In this document: positions 23,055 to 32,569 of the stretch, in pieces
How positions within the stretch are numbered: the stretch's first letter is position 1
How the letters are laid out: each line of letters opens with the position of its first letter
Assembly: GCA_963841915.1 (NCBI GenBank)
Contig: CAWJEN010000006.1
Coordinates: 448,001-512,000 of the forward strand
Source of the DNA: an uncultured Planctomycetota bacterium
GTDB lineage: Bacteria > Planctomycetota > Phycisphaerae > Tepidisphaerales > Tepidisphaeraceae
Direction: 5' to 3'
DNA length: 64,000 nucleotides
Program-made: the position numbers and the translations under genes
The notes under the pieces: generated by a model
Database searches by the model: none
The model's input: only the letters and a program-made list of their open reading frames with translations
What the model was told of the DNA's origin: nothing

Positions 23055-26000
23055 TCAAACGGAAGCTTGTGGTTTCGAGCGGCGTCGTAGTAGACCTGCA
23101 TAGGCGAGGCCCATTGTGACGATGCCTGTCGGCTCCGGAATCGTCGTCGGCAGCAGGTAGGCGAGCGAGCCGGCACTGCCTGCAACGCCTCGCTCGAAGC
23201 CGAAATTGTTGCGAAGCAGAGCAAAGTCGAGGATCGACACGATGCCGTCGGCGTTGAAGTCGCCGCCCGACCAGCCACCGTCGGTCCCGAAGTTGGCCCG
23301 CAACGCGGCAAAGTCGAGGATGCTCACCGTGCCGTCAAGATTCGCATCGGCGTACGCCGTCTCGAAGACGTCGAAGACCATCACGTCCAGATCGCCCTTT
23401 GTCAGCACGCCGTCGGCGTTGAGGTCGAGCGTCCACGTCGCCTCACCGCCAAGCGCGTCGGCAAGGGTGTCGATGTCGAAGGCGTCCGTGTCGCCAAAGC
23501 CGTTGAGGTTGCCGCGGCGAAGCTCTGCGGCACGAGCAGCGTTAGCCGTGTTGTTGGCGCCGAAGCTGCGGTAAATCTCCTCGAGCAGGAACAGGTCCGG
23601 CGTCGTGATGCGGCCGTCACCATTAGCGTCGGCGGCTGGGTTGAACTGGTCGCCCTGGGCGTACAGCACCGCCTCGAAGCCGTAGCTCGTCCCCGTCACA
23701 TCGTCGGTGCCGAAGAAGCCGTTTGAGTTGAGATCCCCGATCCCGCGGCCGATGCCGGTGTCGAATCCGAAGCCGCCGAACCGCTGGACGTTCAAGTTAC
23801 CGGAAATTTCTTTCGTGACGACGGTGACGGCATGGTTGCCGGTCACAAGCCCGCCGAAGCCGTACTTGAAGAGGTCGCGATCGACCTGGCTGGCCTTGGC
23901 GTTGTTGCCGACGAGCGAGAGCGGGTCGGTGTTTTCGGGCAGGTTCAGGAAGACGAAGACTTCGTCAGCCGTGCCGTCGACGCTCTCGACGATGAAGTCG
24001 CGACCGCTCTGGTTGAAGGCGACGACCTCATCAATGGCCGACACCGGCTTGAGACGGTCGACGTAGATGACCTCTTTGAACGGCGAGTAGACGGCCGGGC
24101 CGCCGTCACCGCGTTGGCGGAAGGCGCGGGCTTCGATGAAGTTGACGCCTTCGGGCAGCAGCGAGGTGTCGACCGTCTGGCGGAACTGTCCATCGCCGCC
24201 GAGGGCCAGCGGGCTGCTTTTGGTCGCGAACGATTCAAAGCCGTAGGCAACGCTGCCGGGGTTAACGATGTCGACGATGCCGTTGTTGTTGACGTCGATG
24301 CCGCCGTTGATCTTGAGCAGGGCGTTGTCGCCGTCGGCCTGGAAGTCGCGTTGGCCGTCGCTGAAGACGTAGGGCGTGGTGTCGAGTTGGACGGTAAAGG
24401 TGTCGCCGGTGACGACGGTGTAGTCGGCAATGCGAGTGGTGCCGTTGGTGGCCGCCGTGGCGGTGCCGCCCTCGATCACGCCGCTGGCGCCGCCGATGCT
24501 CATCGTGCCGACAGGCGTGGGCAGGCCGTAGATGACGAAGCCGTTGTCGTGCCGATCACCGTCAGCGGCAACGTTGCGCGGGATGCGGATGGCGACCTGA
24601 CCGTTGTCTTGAACCGTGACGAAGTCGGGAATGTCGTTGAACGGGTCGACGTTGCTGTCGTTGGCGTTGCCGGTGAGCTCGACGAGTCGAGTGCCTGCAC
24701 CAAATCCGCTGTCGACGATGCGCGTGTCGTAACCGCCGTCGAGACGATTGCTGAGGCCGACGATGGCCGAGCCTTCGCGGGCGTAGACGAGGGTCTCCTT
24801 GTCGATCCAAGCCTCGCGGTAGTCGCCGCGGCCGTGCGTGTTGCGGATGCCGACGAGCGTCGTGACGGTGTCGCCGTAGAGCCCGCCGAGCGCGTCACCG
24901 CGGCCGTCTTTGGGGAAGTCTCGGTTGGTGCCGAACTGCTCGGCGTTGTGATAGACGACCCAGTTGCCCGGCCGCATCGACAGGTAGGCGTTGGCGACGT
25001 TGCCGAGGTCGGCCCCGTTGTCGTCGTGGCTGGCGTCGAAGGCGACGCCCTGGCTGCCGTCGTTGGCCAGGCCGTCGTTGGCGTCGAAGCTGGCGTTGAC
25101 GATGTTGCGCCAGTCGTTGGCGAATCCGTTGTTCGACAGGTTGCCCTTGAGCGCAAAGTGCAACGGAAAGTCGAGGGCGTCGCGGTTGCCACCGATGCGG
25201 TTGGGCTGCTGTGGGTCGATGTCCTTGCGGGTGTACTGCTGAAGCAGGCTCTTGTTGCCGTCGAGCACTTCGCCGAACGAAAAGACGTGGTCGGTGCTGC
25301 CGTCGAGGAGCTTGCGCGGGTTAGCGCCGTAGACCGCGCGGTCGAGGTACTCGAGCACCCACGGCTCCATGTGCTTGGCGGCATCGAGGCGAAAGCCGTC
25401 GAAGCCGACGTCCTGCACGTACCACTGCGCGTTACGCATGAGGTACCCGGTTGCGTTCTCGGTGACGGGCGTGCCGTCGTTGATCTCGCTGCCGTCGCCT
25501 CGGAAGTCGTAGACGCGAAAGCTCTGATTCGTCTTCGGGTCGTACAGATCGCGGAAGGGGCCGCTCTGGCTCGCGTAGAAGCGGCGGTTACTGGCGTCGG
25601 GAACGTTGGCGATCTTGCCGTTCCAGAATTGCGTCCCGGCAGGCAGGTTACGCGAGTCGCCTGCGTCGACCGGGTTGCGGATGAACTGGAAATTCGTCTC
25701 GTGGTCGATGTCGATCAGGCCCGACAGGCGGCCTTCGTTGACACCACCTGCAAAGCCGCTGTGGAAGTCGCCGTCGATGGCATTGTCGAGCGTGAGGGCA
25801 AAGCCTGCGTACCCGCCTGACGCGGCAAAGCCGGGCGTCCCGAGGTCGGCAAAGCCGTTGTGGTTCCAGACAAGGTCTGCATAGACGCGCCCGCCGAAGC
25901 GTTGCCACGTCTGGTTCATGGACCGAACGCTGCGTTCGGTGCCGTAGAGCGTCTTGTCGTTCCAGGTGCCCAAGTCGAAGCGGTCGTACTGGTCGTAGCC

Positions 26001-26216
26001 GACGCTGAAGCCGCCGGTTTCTGCCTTGCCGGGTGGCGGTACCCAGAGTCCCCCGTAGCCGGCGATGAAGGCGTCGGCGGCGCGGCTTTCGGTGTTCTGC
26101 CAGGTCGACTCGAAGACCTGCAGGATCGCCGGTGCCGACGTGTCGGCCTGTGCGAGTCCGGCAGCGGCAAAGGTCGCAGTGACGGCAGCGGTGAGAATGT
26201 GGCGGCGGTACGGCAT
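23055..26216 (-). CDS. GH13 alpha-amylase with dockerin-like repeats and PEP-CTERM anchor
   Basis: Signal peptide; [27 protein letters not shown] (nucleophile), GEVL (acid/base), [17 protein letters not shown] repeats; IPEP+TM+RRR. Confidence 0.9.
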   Translation of the reverse strand: MPYRRHILTAAVTATFAAAGLAQADTSAPAILQVFESTWQNTESRAADAFIAGYGGLWVPPPGKAETGGFSVGYDQYDRFDLGTWNDKTLYGTERSVRSMNQTWQRFGGRVYADLVWNHNGFADLGTPGFAASGGYAGFALTLDNAIDGDFHSGFAGGVNEGRLSGLIDIDHETNFQFIRNPVDAGDSRNLPAGTQFWNGKIANVPDASNRRFYASQSGPFRDLYDPKTNQSFRVYDFRGDGSEINDGTPVTENATGYLMRNAQWYVQDVGFDGFRLDAAKHMEPWVLEYLDRAVYGANPRKLLDGSTDHVFSFGEVLDGNKSLLQQYTRKDIDPQQPNRIGGNRDALDFPLHFALKGNLSNNGFANDWRNIVNASFDANDGLANDGSQGVAFDASHDDNGADLGNVANAYLSMRPGNWVVYHNAEQFGTNRDFPKDGRGDALGGLYGDTVTTLVGIRNTHGRGDYREAWIDKETLVYAREGSAIVGLSNRLDGGYDTRIVDSGFGAGTRLVELTGNANDSNVDPFNDIPDFVTVQDNGQVAIRIPRNVAADGDRHDNGFVIYGLPTPVGTMSIGGASGVIEGGTATAATNGTTRIADYTVVTGDTFTVQLDTTPYVFSDGQRDFQADGDNALLKINGGIDVNNNGIVDIVNPGSVAYGFESFATKSSPLALGGDGQFRQTVDTSLLPEGVNFIEARAFRQRGDGGPAVYSPFKEVIYVDRLKPVSAIDEVVAFNQSGRDFIVESVDGTADEVFVFLNLPENTDPLSLVGNNAKASQVDRDLFKYGFGGLVTGNHAVTVVTKEISGNLNVQRFGGFGFDTGIGRGIGDLNSNGFFGTDDVTGTSYGFEAVLYAQGDQFNPAADANGDGRITTPDLFLLEEIYRSFGANNTANAARAAELRRGNLNGFGDTDAFDIDTLADALGGEATWTLDLNADGVLTKGDLDVMVFDVFETAYADANLDGTVSILDFAALRANFGTDGGWSGGDFNADGIVSILDFALLRNNFGFERGVAGSAGSLAYLLPTTIPEPTGIVTMGLAYAGLLRRRSKPQASV

Positions 26217-26261
26217 GTGTCGTTCTTCCTCTGCTCAATCGGTTAACCTGCTGCTCCTTAA

Positions 26262-26295
26262 AATGCCCCGACCCGCTCTCGCGAGTCGGGGCATT
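26262..26295 (-). terminator. Stem-loop between the PEP-CTERM gene and the amylase gene
   Basis: Minus-strand AATGCCCCGAC...GTCGGGGCATT followed by further T residues. Confidence 0.65.
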
Positions 26296-26304
26296 GCGTT
26301 GAAT

Positions 26305-27549
26305 TCAAGCGCGACGGCGACGCAGCATCGCCAGTCCGCCAAGGGCGAACAGGGCGGCGGTCGTCGGCTCGGGGACGACGCTGGCGTACCAGGCGTCGAC
26401 CGTTGCAAGCTGGGCCGGCGTCAGGCTCGTGCCGAAGTTGGCGCGAAGGATGGCGAAGTCGAGGATGGAAACAAGGCCGTCTTCGTTGAAGTCGCCGGTC
26501 TCGAAGGTGCCCATGTTGCTGCCGAAGTTGGCCCGCAGGATGGCGAAGTCGAGGATGGAGACGGTGCCGTCACCATTAGCGTCGCCTGGCAGGCGGGGCG
26601 TGCCGCCGAGGTCGATGCTGATGAACTGATCACCGGCAAAGGTGCTGGCGTCGAAGAGTGGCACGCCGCCGACACCACCCGGGCCGCCGAGGTTCTCGAC
26701 GCCGCCCAGGCCGGGCAGGAACTGGTTGCTCAGGAAGTCACCGCCGCCGTTGGTGATGAACGGCAGGAGCTTGATGTCGCCGCTCATGTTGAGGGCGGTC
26801 ATCAGGAACTCGTCGCTGAGGAGGTACTCGAGGCCGGTGTCGGCCGAAAGCGGGTCGCCGAGCGCGCCGGGCGGATTGGCGGAGTCGTACCCGAAGACGC
26901 CGTCCGTGTTGGTGTTGTCAAAGGCGAAGGTGATGTCGCCGACCACGGTGCCGTCGTCAAGGGTGTAGGTGCCGGTGGTGGCCGGGCCGTTGACGGTCGC
27001 CCCGCCGACGAAGCGGTCAACGTTCGGGTCGCCGTCGTTGGGCAGCGACAGGTCGATGACGTTGAGGAAGGCCGTGCCGTCGAAGATGTTGAGCTCGAGC
27101 GAGTAGTCCGGGTTGAAGCCGGGGTCGAGGATGGAGGGGATGTTGGCGGGATCCTGCATGCCCATCGAGCCGTCGCGGTCGGTGCCGAAGTCGTCGGTGC
27201 GTGCGCCGCCGACGCTGCCGAACGTGCCGAAGCCGTTGGGGCCGGTCGATGCGATCGCACCGCCGGGCTTGGAGTCGACGAAGAGGACGATACCGTTGCC
27301 GCCGCCTTCGAGGTTGCCGGTGAGGCCGAGGTAGAGGCCGGTGCCGGCCTGGTAGCTGGCGTAGGCGGCGTTGAGTTCGTTGGCGTTGTCACCGAAGCCG
27401 GTGGGCGTGTCCTGGACGGCGACGGCCTGGCCGTACTCGGCTGAGGTGATCGAGCCGTCGACAACGATTTGTGCCGAGGCGTCGGCGGCGAGGCCCGCCA
27501 CGGCCGCGACCGCGGCAAGGGTAACGGCGGTGTGCATCTTCTGGGTCAT
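26305..27549 (-). CDS. Non-catalytic PEP-CTERM surface protein with dockerin-like domain
   Basis: Signal peptide (ASA|Q); acidic G/D/T-rich body starting [19 protein letters not shown] and GDFNEDGLVSILDF; VPEP+TM+RRRR. Confidence 0.88.
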   Translation of the reverse strand: MTQKMHTAVTLAAVAAVAGLAADASAQIVVDGSITSAEYGQAVAVQDTPTGFGDNANELNAAYASYQAGTGLYLGLTGNLEGGGNGIVLFVDSKPGGAIASTGPNGFGTFGSVGGARTDDFGTDRDGSMGMQDPANIPSILDPGFNPDYSLELNIFDGTAFLNVIDLSLPNDGDPNVDRFVGGATVNGPATTGTYTLDDGTVVGDITFAFDNTNTDGVFGYDSANPPGALGDPLSADTGLEYLLSDEFLMTALNMSGDIKLLPFITNGGGDFLSNQFLPGLGGVENLGGPGGVGGVPLFDASTFAGDQFISIDLGGTPRLPGDANGDGTVSILDFAILRANFGSNMGTFETGDFNEDGLVSILDFAILRANFGTSLTPAQLATVDAWYASVVPEPTTAALFALGGLAMLRRRRA

Positions 27550-27661
27550 GGAAAGGTCCTCCGGAGGGGGGTTCTTGGTGAAGGAGTCGGTGGCAGACGC
27601 TGCGTCGACCCATCGGGTCAGGTTAATTGTTTAACCGGCAGGACGAACCACCGCCGCGGTA

Positions 27662-27689
27662 AGGCTAGCACATCGACCGCCACCGTCAA
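27662..27689 (-). promoter_or_regulatory. Putative sigma-70 promoter of the PEP-CTERM/amylase/pilin operon
   Basis: TTGACG-16 nt-TAGCCT with TG preceding the -10 element. Confidence 0.45.
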
Positions 27690-27772
27690 CCACAATTCGC
27701 CCGAACTTTGTGCATCACGTGCTGCAGCAGCCCGCAGTGCCTATGCAAACAGCATATTTGGCGTTGCTTGGC

Positions 27773-27801
27773 GTGACGAAACCGGTCGGACGGGGTAGAC
27801 T
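27773..27801 (+). promoter_or_regulatory. Putative sigma-70 promoter of the LacI gene
   Basis: GTGACG-17 nt-TAGACT. Confidence 0.4.
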
Positions 27802-27849
27802 GGTTCAACTCCGGTGTTTAACAGGGCCGCCGCGGTGAACAAGAGACGC

Positions 27850-29016
27850 ATGTCGAGATACGCCAATCATCATCCCAAGCTGTTGGTCCCGGCCGCGGAT
27901 GCGGAGACGGGCGACGCGTCGGCCGCGCGTCGACCGATCCAGCGGACCGTCGCCGCCGGTGAACCTGCAGGTCGCGGTGGTGGCGGGTCGCAGCCGAACC
28001 TCCGCGATGTCGCCAAAGAAGCAGGCGTTTCCGTGGCGACCGTCAGTCTCGTCCTCAACAAGTCGACCCGCATCTCCAAGCCGACGGCTGACAAGGTGCG
28101 GGGCGTCATGGACCGTCTGGGGTACCGGCCCAACCGCTTGGCGCAGTCGCTCAGTGGCCGGTACGTCAAGGTGCTAGCGGCCGTCCTGCCCGACCTGCGG
28201 AATGCCTTTGCCGATGCATACTTCGGCCAGTTGCTTGCGGGCCTGACCGATGCCGCCCACGAACGGGGTTTCAAGATTCTGCTGGAGCAGGCCAAGCCAA
28301 CCTGGATCAAAAGTGGCGGGCCATTGGAGCTGTTCGAGCGCCGATTCGTCGACGGCGTCCTGCTGCTGGGTCACACAGATTACAGCACGTACGTCGCCGA
28401 CCTTTGCCGCGAAGGCCGGCCGGCACTGGCGATCGACAACCGGCTCGAGTTCGAAGGTGCCGGCTGCGTCGACTTTGTCAGCAGCGACTACCAGAAGGGT
28501 GCTCAGCAGGCGATGAATTACCTGGCCCAACTCGGCCACCGCGAGATCGGGCTTATCGAGGCGGCACCGCAAATCGCCACCGTTCGCGACAAGAAATACG
28601 CGTGGGAAACCAAGCTCCGCGAGCTCGGGGTAGAGCCGGTCGAGACACGCGTCGGCGACGGCGAATTCACCGAGATCGGCGGCAGCGAGGCGTGCGAACG
28701 CGTCATGAAGCACCACCCCGAGACCACCGCCATCCTGGCGATGAGCGACAAGATGGCGATCGGTGCGACGAGCTGGCTTCGTCGCAACGGCCACCGCGTG
28801 CCCGAAGATGTCAGCGTCGTCGGCTTCGACGATCTGCCGCACGCGGCGTTCCTGGAGCCGTCGCTGACGACCGTGCACCTGCCGCTCTACGACGTGGGCC
28901 GTCGGGCGTGCATCCGCCTGATCGAACGCGTCGAGGGCAAGCGTGACAGCGTGCAAGAGGTGCTCGATACGCACCTGGTGATCCGCAACTCGACGAGCAT
29001 CGTGCGACGCTCTTGA
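27850..29016 (+). CDS. LacI-family transcriptional regulator
   Basis: LRDVAKEAGVSVATVSLVLN HTH; YRPNRLAQSL; VPEDVSVVGFDD; PSLTTV. Confidence 0.95.
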   Translation: MSRYANHHPKLLVPAADAETGDASAARRPIQRTVAAGEPAGRGGGGSQPNLRDVAKEAGVSVATVSLVLNKSTRISKPTADKVRGVMDRLGYRPNRLAQSLSGRYVKVLAAVLPDLRNAFADAYFGQLLAGLTDAAHERGFKILLEQAKPTWIKSGGPLELFERRFVDGVLLLGHTDYSTYVADLCREGRPALAIDNRLEFEGAGCVDFVSSDYQKGAQQAMNYLAQLGHREIGLIEAAPQIATVRDKKYAWETKLRELGVEPVETRVGDGEFTEIGGSEACERVMKHHPETTAILAMSDKMAIGATSWLRRNGHRVPEDVSVVGFDDLPHAAFLEPSLTTVHLPLYDVGRRACIRLIERVEGKRDSVQEVLDTHLVIRNSTSIVRRS

Positions 29017-29042
29017 TGCGCACTCTTTGCGTTGAGGACCTG

Positions 29043-29056
29043 ACACACACACACAC
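29043..29056 (+). repeat. (AC)7 microsatellite
   Basis: ACACACACACACAC in the 86-bp gap between lacI and the GH13 gene. Confidence 0.8.
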
Positions 29057-29102
29057 CGACCTGCGGCTCGTCGAGCCAAGGCGTCTCTGACGGAGGACCC
29101 TT

Positions 29103-31640
29103 ATGAACTTCAAGACTCACATCATCCTCGCCGCCGCCGTCGCTGCAACGGTCGGCGTTACGTTGCCGGTCGTGCCGGCGTTCGGCGAAGCAACAGCCGA
29201 GAAAACCGACAACGGTTACCAGGTCGTTTTCAGGCTCGACGCCAGCGGCTGGGACGACAAGCCCAGCAGCGTGAACGTTGCCGGCGACTTCAACGGCTGG
29301 AACAGCGGCGCCGACGCGATGACGGACCTCAACAGCGACAACATCTGGGAGTTGACGATGCCGATGTCGCCGGGGCAGTATGGGTACAAGTTCGTGATCG
29401 ACGGCGACCGGTGGATGACCGACCCGACGGACGACGCCGAGCTACGCGAGGGTGACAACTACGGCGGCGAGAACAGCGGCGTGATCGTGGGGCCAGACAT
29501 CCGTAAGGCTCCGCCGCCGGAGGAGGGGACAATCAATGATGAATTCGTTCGGCACGAGCCGGTTTCGGATGTCGTCCCGATCGACAACGATCGAATCCGC
29601 GTGCGCGTGAGTGCGTTGGAAGGCGACGTGAAAGAAGCTGTCGCAGGCGTCTATGTGGGTGAAGGAAACGAGGGCGCGCACGCCTTCCCGATGCGGAAGG
29701 TCGCTACCGCTGGCGGGTATGACGTCTTCGAAGCCGTCGTGATGGCCGATGGTCGGGACGAGATCCGTTACGCCATCTCAGCAAGCGATGGCAGCGCTCG
29801 CGTCATCATCGATGAAGACGGTGTGCGCGACCGTTCGGGTCAAGGCACTGGCGATGTCAATCCGTTTGTCGTTGCAGCCCCGAGCTTCGACGTCCCCGAG
29901 TGGGCCGCCGACGCCGTCTGGTACCAGATCTTCCCCGAGCGCTTCCGCAACGGCGACACGTCCAACGACCCCGGCCAGTTCGACTACGAGCTGCTCGTCG
30001 GCTGGACCACCAACTGGTGGGACGTGCTCGAAGGCGAAACGCCGCCCGACAGCATGAGCGACAACTTCTACAACGGCACCGGCGACGTCTGGGACCGGCG
30101 CTACGGCGGCGACCTGCAGGGCGTCCGTGAGAAGCTGCCGTATCTGAAGGAACTCGGCATCAACGCCATCTACTTCAACCCGATCTTTGAGGGCGAGTCG
30201 ATGCACAAGTACGACACCGCCGACTTCCGGCATATCGATGACAACTTTGGCGTGCTCGACGAGAGCGGCGTCTATCCGCCGAACTTCGAGGGTGAGACGG
30301 CCGACCCCGACACCTGGGTCTGGTCGCCCAGCGACAAGGTCTTCCTCGACTTCATCGAAGAAGCGCACAGCCAAGGCTTCAAAGTCGTCATCGACGGCGT
30401 CTTCAACCACGTCGGCACCGCTCACCCGTTCTTCCAGGACGTGCTCGAGAACGGCCAAGACAGCGAGTTTGCCGACTGGTTCGAGATCACCGACTGGGGC
30501 GACGGCACGCCGGAGAGCATTCAGTACCTCGCATGGGACAAGCCCAACGGTGCGTTGCCAGTCTTCAAGAAGGACGCCAAACTCGGCCTCGCCGAGGGAC
30601 CACGGCAGCACATCTTCGACATCACGAAGCGCTGGCTCGACCCCGACGGCGACCCGACGACGCGCGACGGCATCGACGGCTGGCGTCTCGATGTGCCCGG
30701 TGACATTCCGCACCCGTTCTGGGTCGAGTGGCGCAAGGTCGTCAAGGAAGCGAATCCCGACGCCTACATCACCGGCGAGATCTGGCAGTGGGCCGACGCC
30801 TGGCTCAAGGGCGACCAATTTGATGCTGTCATGAACTACCAGTTCGCGATGGCGACGCAGGACTTCCTGATCGACCAGTCGACGGCCAACACGCCGAGCG
30901 AATTCCTGGGCCGACTCGAAGAGCTGTACACGCGATACCCGGTGCCGGTCACGTACGCGATGCAGAACCTGATGAGTTCGCACGACACGGACCGCCTCGC
31001 GAGCATGTTCGTCAACCCCGATCGGCCATATGACGGAGCCAACCGGCCACAGGACAATGCCGTCAGCTTCAGCGGGCCGATGTACAGCGAGCGCAAGCCC
31101 GACGAGATCGAGCGTGAGAAAATGCGGCAACTCGTCTTCTTTCAGCACAGTTTCGTCGGTGCACCGATGACCTACTACGGCGACGAGGCCGGCATGTGGG
31201 GCCCGGACGATCCGAGCAACCGCATGCCGCTGCCGTGGCCCGATCAGGGTGAGTACCAGGGCAGCAGCGACGGCTTCGACGAGGCGACTTTCGACATGTA
31301 CCGCCACGCGATTGCGATGCGGAACACGCTGCCCGTGCTGCGGACCGGCGACTTCGAGCCGGTCATGGCCGACGACGCGACCGGCATCGTCGCGTTCAAG
31401 CGAACAGGCGAGGACGGCAGTGTCGCATACGTCGTGCTGAACAAAGGCGACGCGGCCGAGGCGACGCTCGAGCTGGTGGCGGGCGAATACGTGGACGTGT
31501 CTGACCCGGCCAACGTGGAACTGGTCGACGGCGAGGACGGCCGCCCGCGGCTGAAGGTCATGGGCGAGTCGATCCGCGCCGATGGCCGGTTGACGCTCAA
31601 CCTACCCGCCAACGGTGTGGCCGTGCTCGTTCATCGGTAA
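29103..31640 (+). CDS. Secreted GH13 neopullulanase/cyclomaltodextrinase-like enzyme with N-terminal CBM48-like domain
   Basis: Signal peptide; VAGDFNGW...YKFVIDG (CBM48/AMPK-like); WYQIFPERFRNGD, YGGDLQG, DGVFNH, DGWRLDV, GEIW, SSHDT, YYGDEAG. Confidence 0.93.
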   Translation: MNFKTHIILAAAVAATVGVTLPVVPAFGEATAEKTDNGYQVVFRLDASGWDDKPSSVNVAGDFNGWNSGADAMTDLNSDNIWELTMPMSPGQYGYKFVIDGDRWMTDPTDDAELREGDNYGGENSGVIVGPDIRKAPPPEEGTINDEFVRHEPVSDVVPIDNDRIRVRVSALEGDVKEAVAGVYVGEGNEGAHAFPMRKVATAGGYDVFEAVVMADGRDEIRYAISASDGSARVIIDEDGVRDRSGQGTGDVNPFVVAAPSFDVPEWAADAVWYQIFPERFRNGDTSNDPGQFDYELLVGWTTNWWDVLEGETPPDSMSDNFYNGTGDVWDRRYGGDLQGVREKLPYLKELGINAIYFNPIFEGESMHKYDTADFRHIDDNFGVLDESGVYPPNFEGETADPDTWVWSPSDKVFLDFIEEAHSQGFKVVIDGVFNHVGTAHPFFQDVLENGQDSEFADWFEITDWGDGTPESIQYLAWDKPNGALPVFKKDAKLGLAEGPRQHIFDITKRWLDPDGDPTTRDGIDGWRLDVPGDIPHPFWVEWRKVVKEANPDAYITGEIWQWADAWLKGDQFDAVMNYQFAMATQDFLIDQSTANTPSEFLGRLEELYTRYPVPVTYAMQNLMSSHDTDRLASMFVNPDRPYDGANRPQDNAVSFSGPMYSERKPDEIEREKMRQLVFFQHSFVGAPMTYYGDEAGMWGPDDPSNRMPLPWPDQGEYQGSSDGFDEATFDMYRHAIAMRNTLPVLRTGDFEPVMADDATGIVAFKRTGEDGSVAYVVLNKGDAAEATLELVAGEYVDVSDPANVELVDGEDGRPRLKVMGESIRADGRLTLNLPANGVAVLVHR

Positions 31641-31661
31641 AGGCGCAACGGGTACAAGCTT

Positions 31662-31694
31662 CCAAAGCCGCGGTTTGTTGGACCGCGGCTTTGG
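31662..31694. terminator. Intrinsic terminator after the GH13 gene
   Basis: 13-bp inverted repeat CCAAAGCCGCGGT / ACCGCGGCTTTGG. Confidence 0.7.
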
Positions 31695-31758
31695 GTTTGG
31701 GATTGACTAACCACCTTACCTCGTGCGGCAACGGCCCCCGGCTTCTACACTGCGCGTC

Positions 31759-31905
31759 ATGGCCCTGAATCACCCGACGAGCACGAGTCGACAGAACAAG
31801 CAACGCAAGCGACGGGCCGGCATGATCGGTAAACGCTCCGGCTGTTTCGGCAAGTCGGCGGCCTTCTTGCTGCTCATCGCTGTCGCGGTCGTCGTCGCCA
31901 TGTGA
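31759..31905 (+). CDS. Possible 48-aa membrane peptide
   Basis: MALNHPTSTSRQNKQRKRRAG...SGCFGKSAAFLLLIAVAVVVAM: basic N-terminus plus C-terminal TM; fills an intergenic gap. Confidence 0.4.
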   Translation: MALNHPTSTSRQNKQRKRRAGMIGKRSGCFGKSAAFLLLIAVAVVVAM

Positions 31906-32569
31906 CGATCGCGAAGAGCAGCGTTGCAACGATGACGTGCGCAGCCGTCGCCGGCCAGGCCGAGTCGGGTAGGGCGTAGGCAAGGTCGCTGCCGAGTGGC
32001 GTGCGGGCGTAAACCTCGGCCTGCTCCGCCCACGCGACGCCGCCCGTGATGGCGTCTGCGGCGAAGATCGGGTGAAGCTTCGTCAGCCACGCCGGGACCG
32101 TCGTCAAGTGGTCGGCCAGCCACAACGGCCAGGTGAGCCAGGCGAAGCAGAGTCCGCTGGCGATCGTGCCGATGACGGCCGCGTGGCGGCGGATCAAAGC
32201 GGCGAGTGCCACCACCGTGAGGGAATAGGCGAAGGAGAGCGCCGCGAAGGTGATCGACGGCAGCGTCGCGAAGAGAACGCAGCCGCAGATGGAAACAAGA
32301 GGCAGATGTGGTCGAAGCCAAACTGCCGTGAGCCGTAGGACCGCGGCTCGGGGGTTGTCGCCCGACACGGCAATATTTGCTGCTTGCTTGCGTTCTTCGC
32401 CCGCCAGCACGGGAGCAACGAATGTAACCATCACCAGCACCGCGACCCGCTCGTCGATGAGCGACGCCGTCATCAATGTGGCCACGACTCGTGTGGCAAT
32501 GCCCGCGACCAATCCGTACAGCGTCGCCCACAGCACACGTCGCACGCCGTCATACGGTCGGCGGTTCAT
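31874..32569 (-). CDS. Hypothetical multi-pass membrane protein
   Basis: Several hydrophobic segments; ATGA overlap with the upstream oxidoreductase stop. Confidence 0.65.
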   Translation of the reverse strand: MNRRPYDGVRRVLWATLYGLVAGIATRVVATLMTASLIDERVAVLVMVTFVAPVLAGEERKQAANIAVSGDNPRAAVLRLTAVWLRPHLPLVSICGCVLFATLPSITFAALSFAYSLTVVALAALIRRHAAVIGTIASGLCFAWLTWPLWLADHLTTVPAWLTKLHPIFAADAITGGVAWAEQAEVYARTPLGSDLAYALPDSAWPATAAHVIVATLLFAIVTWRRRPRQR

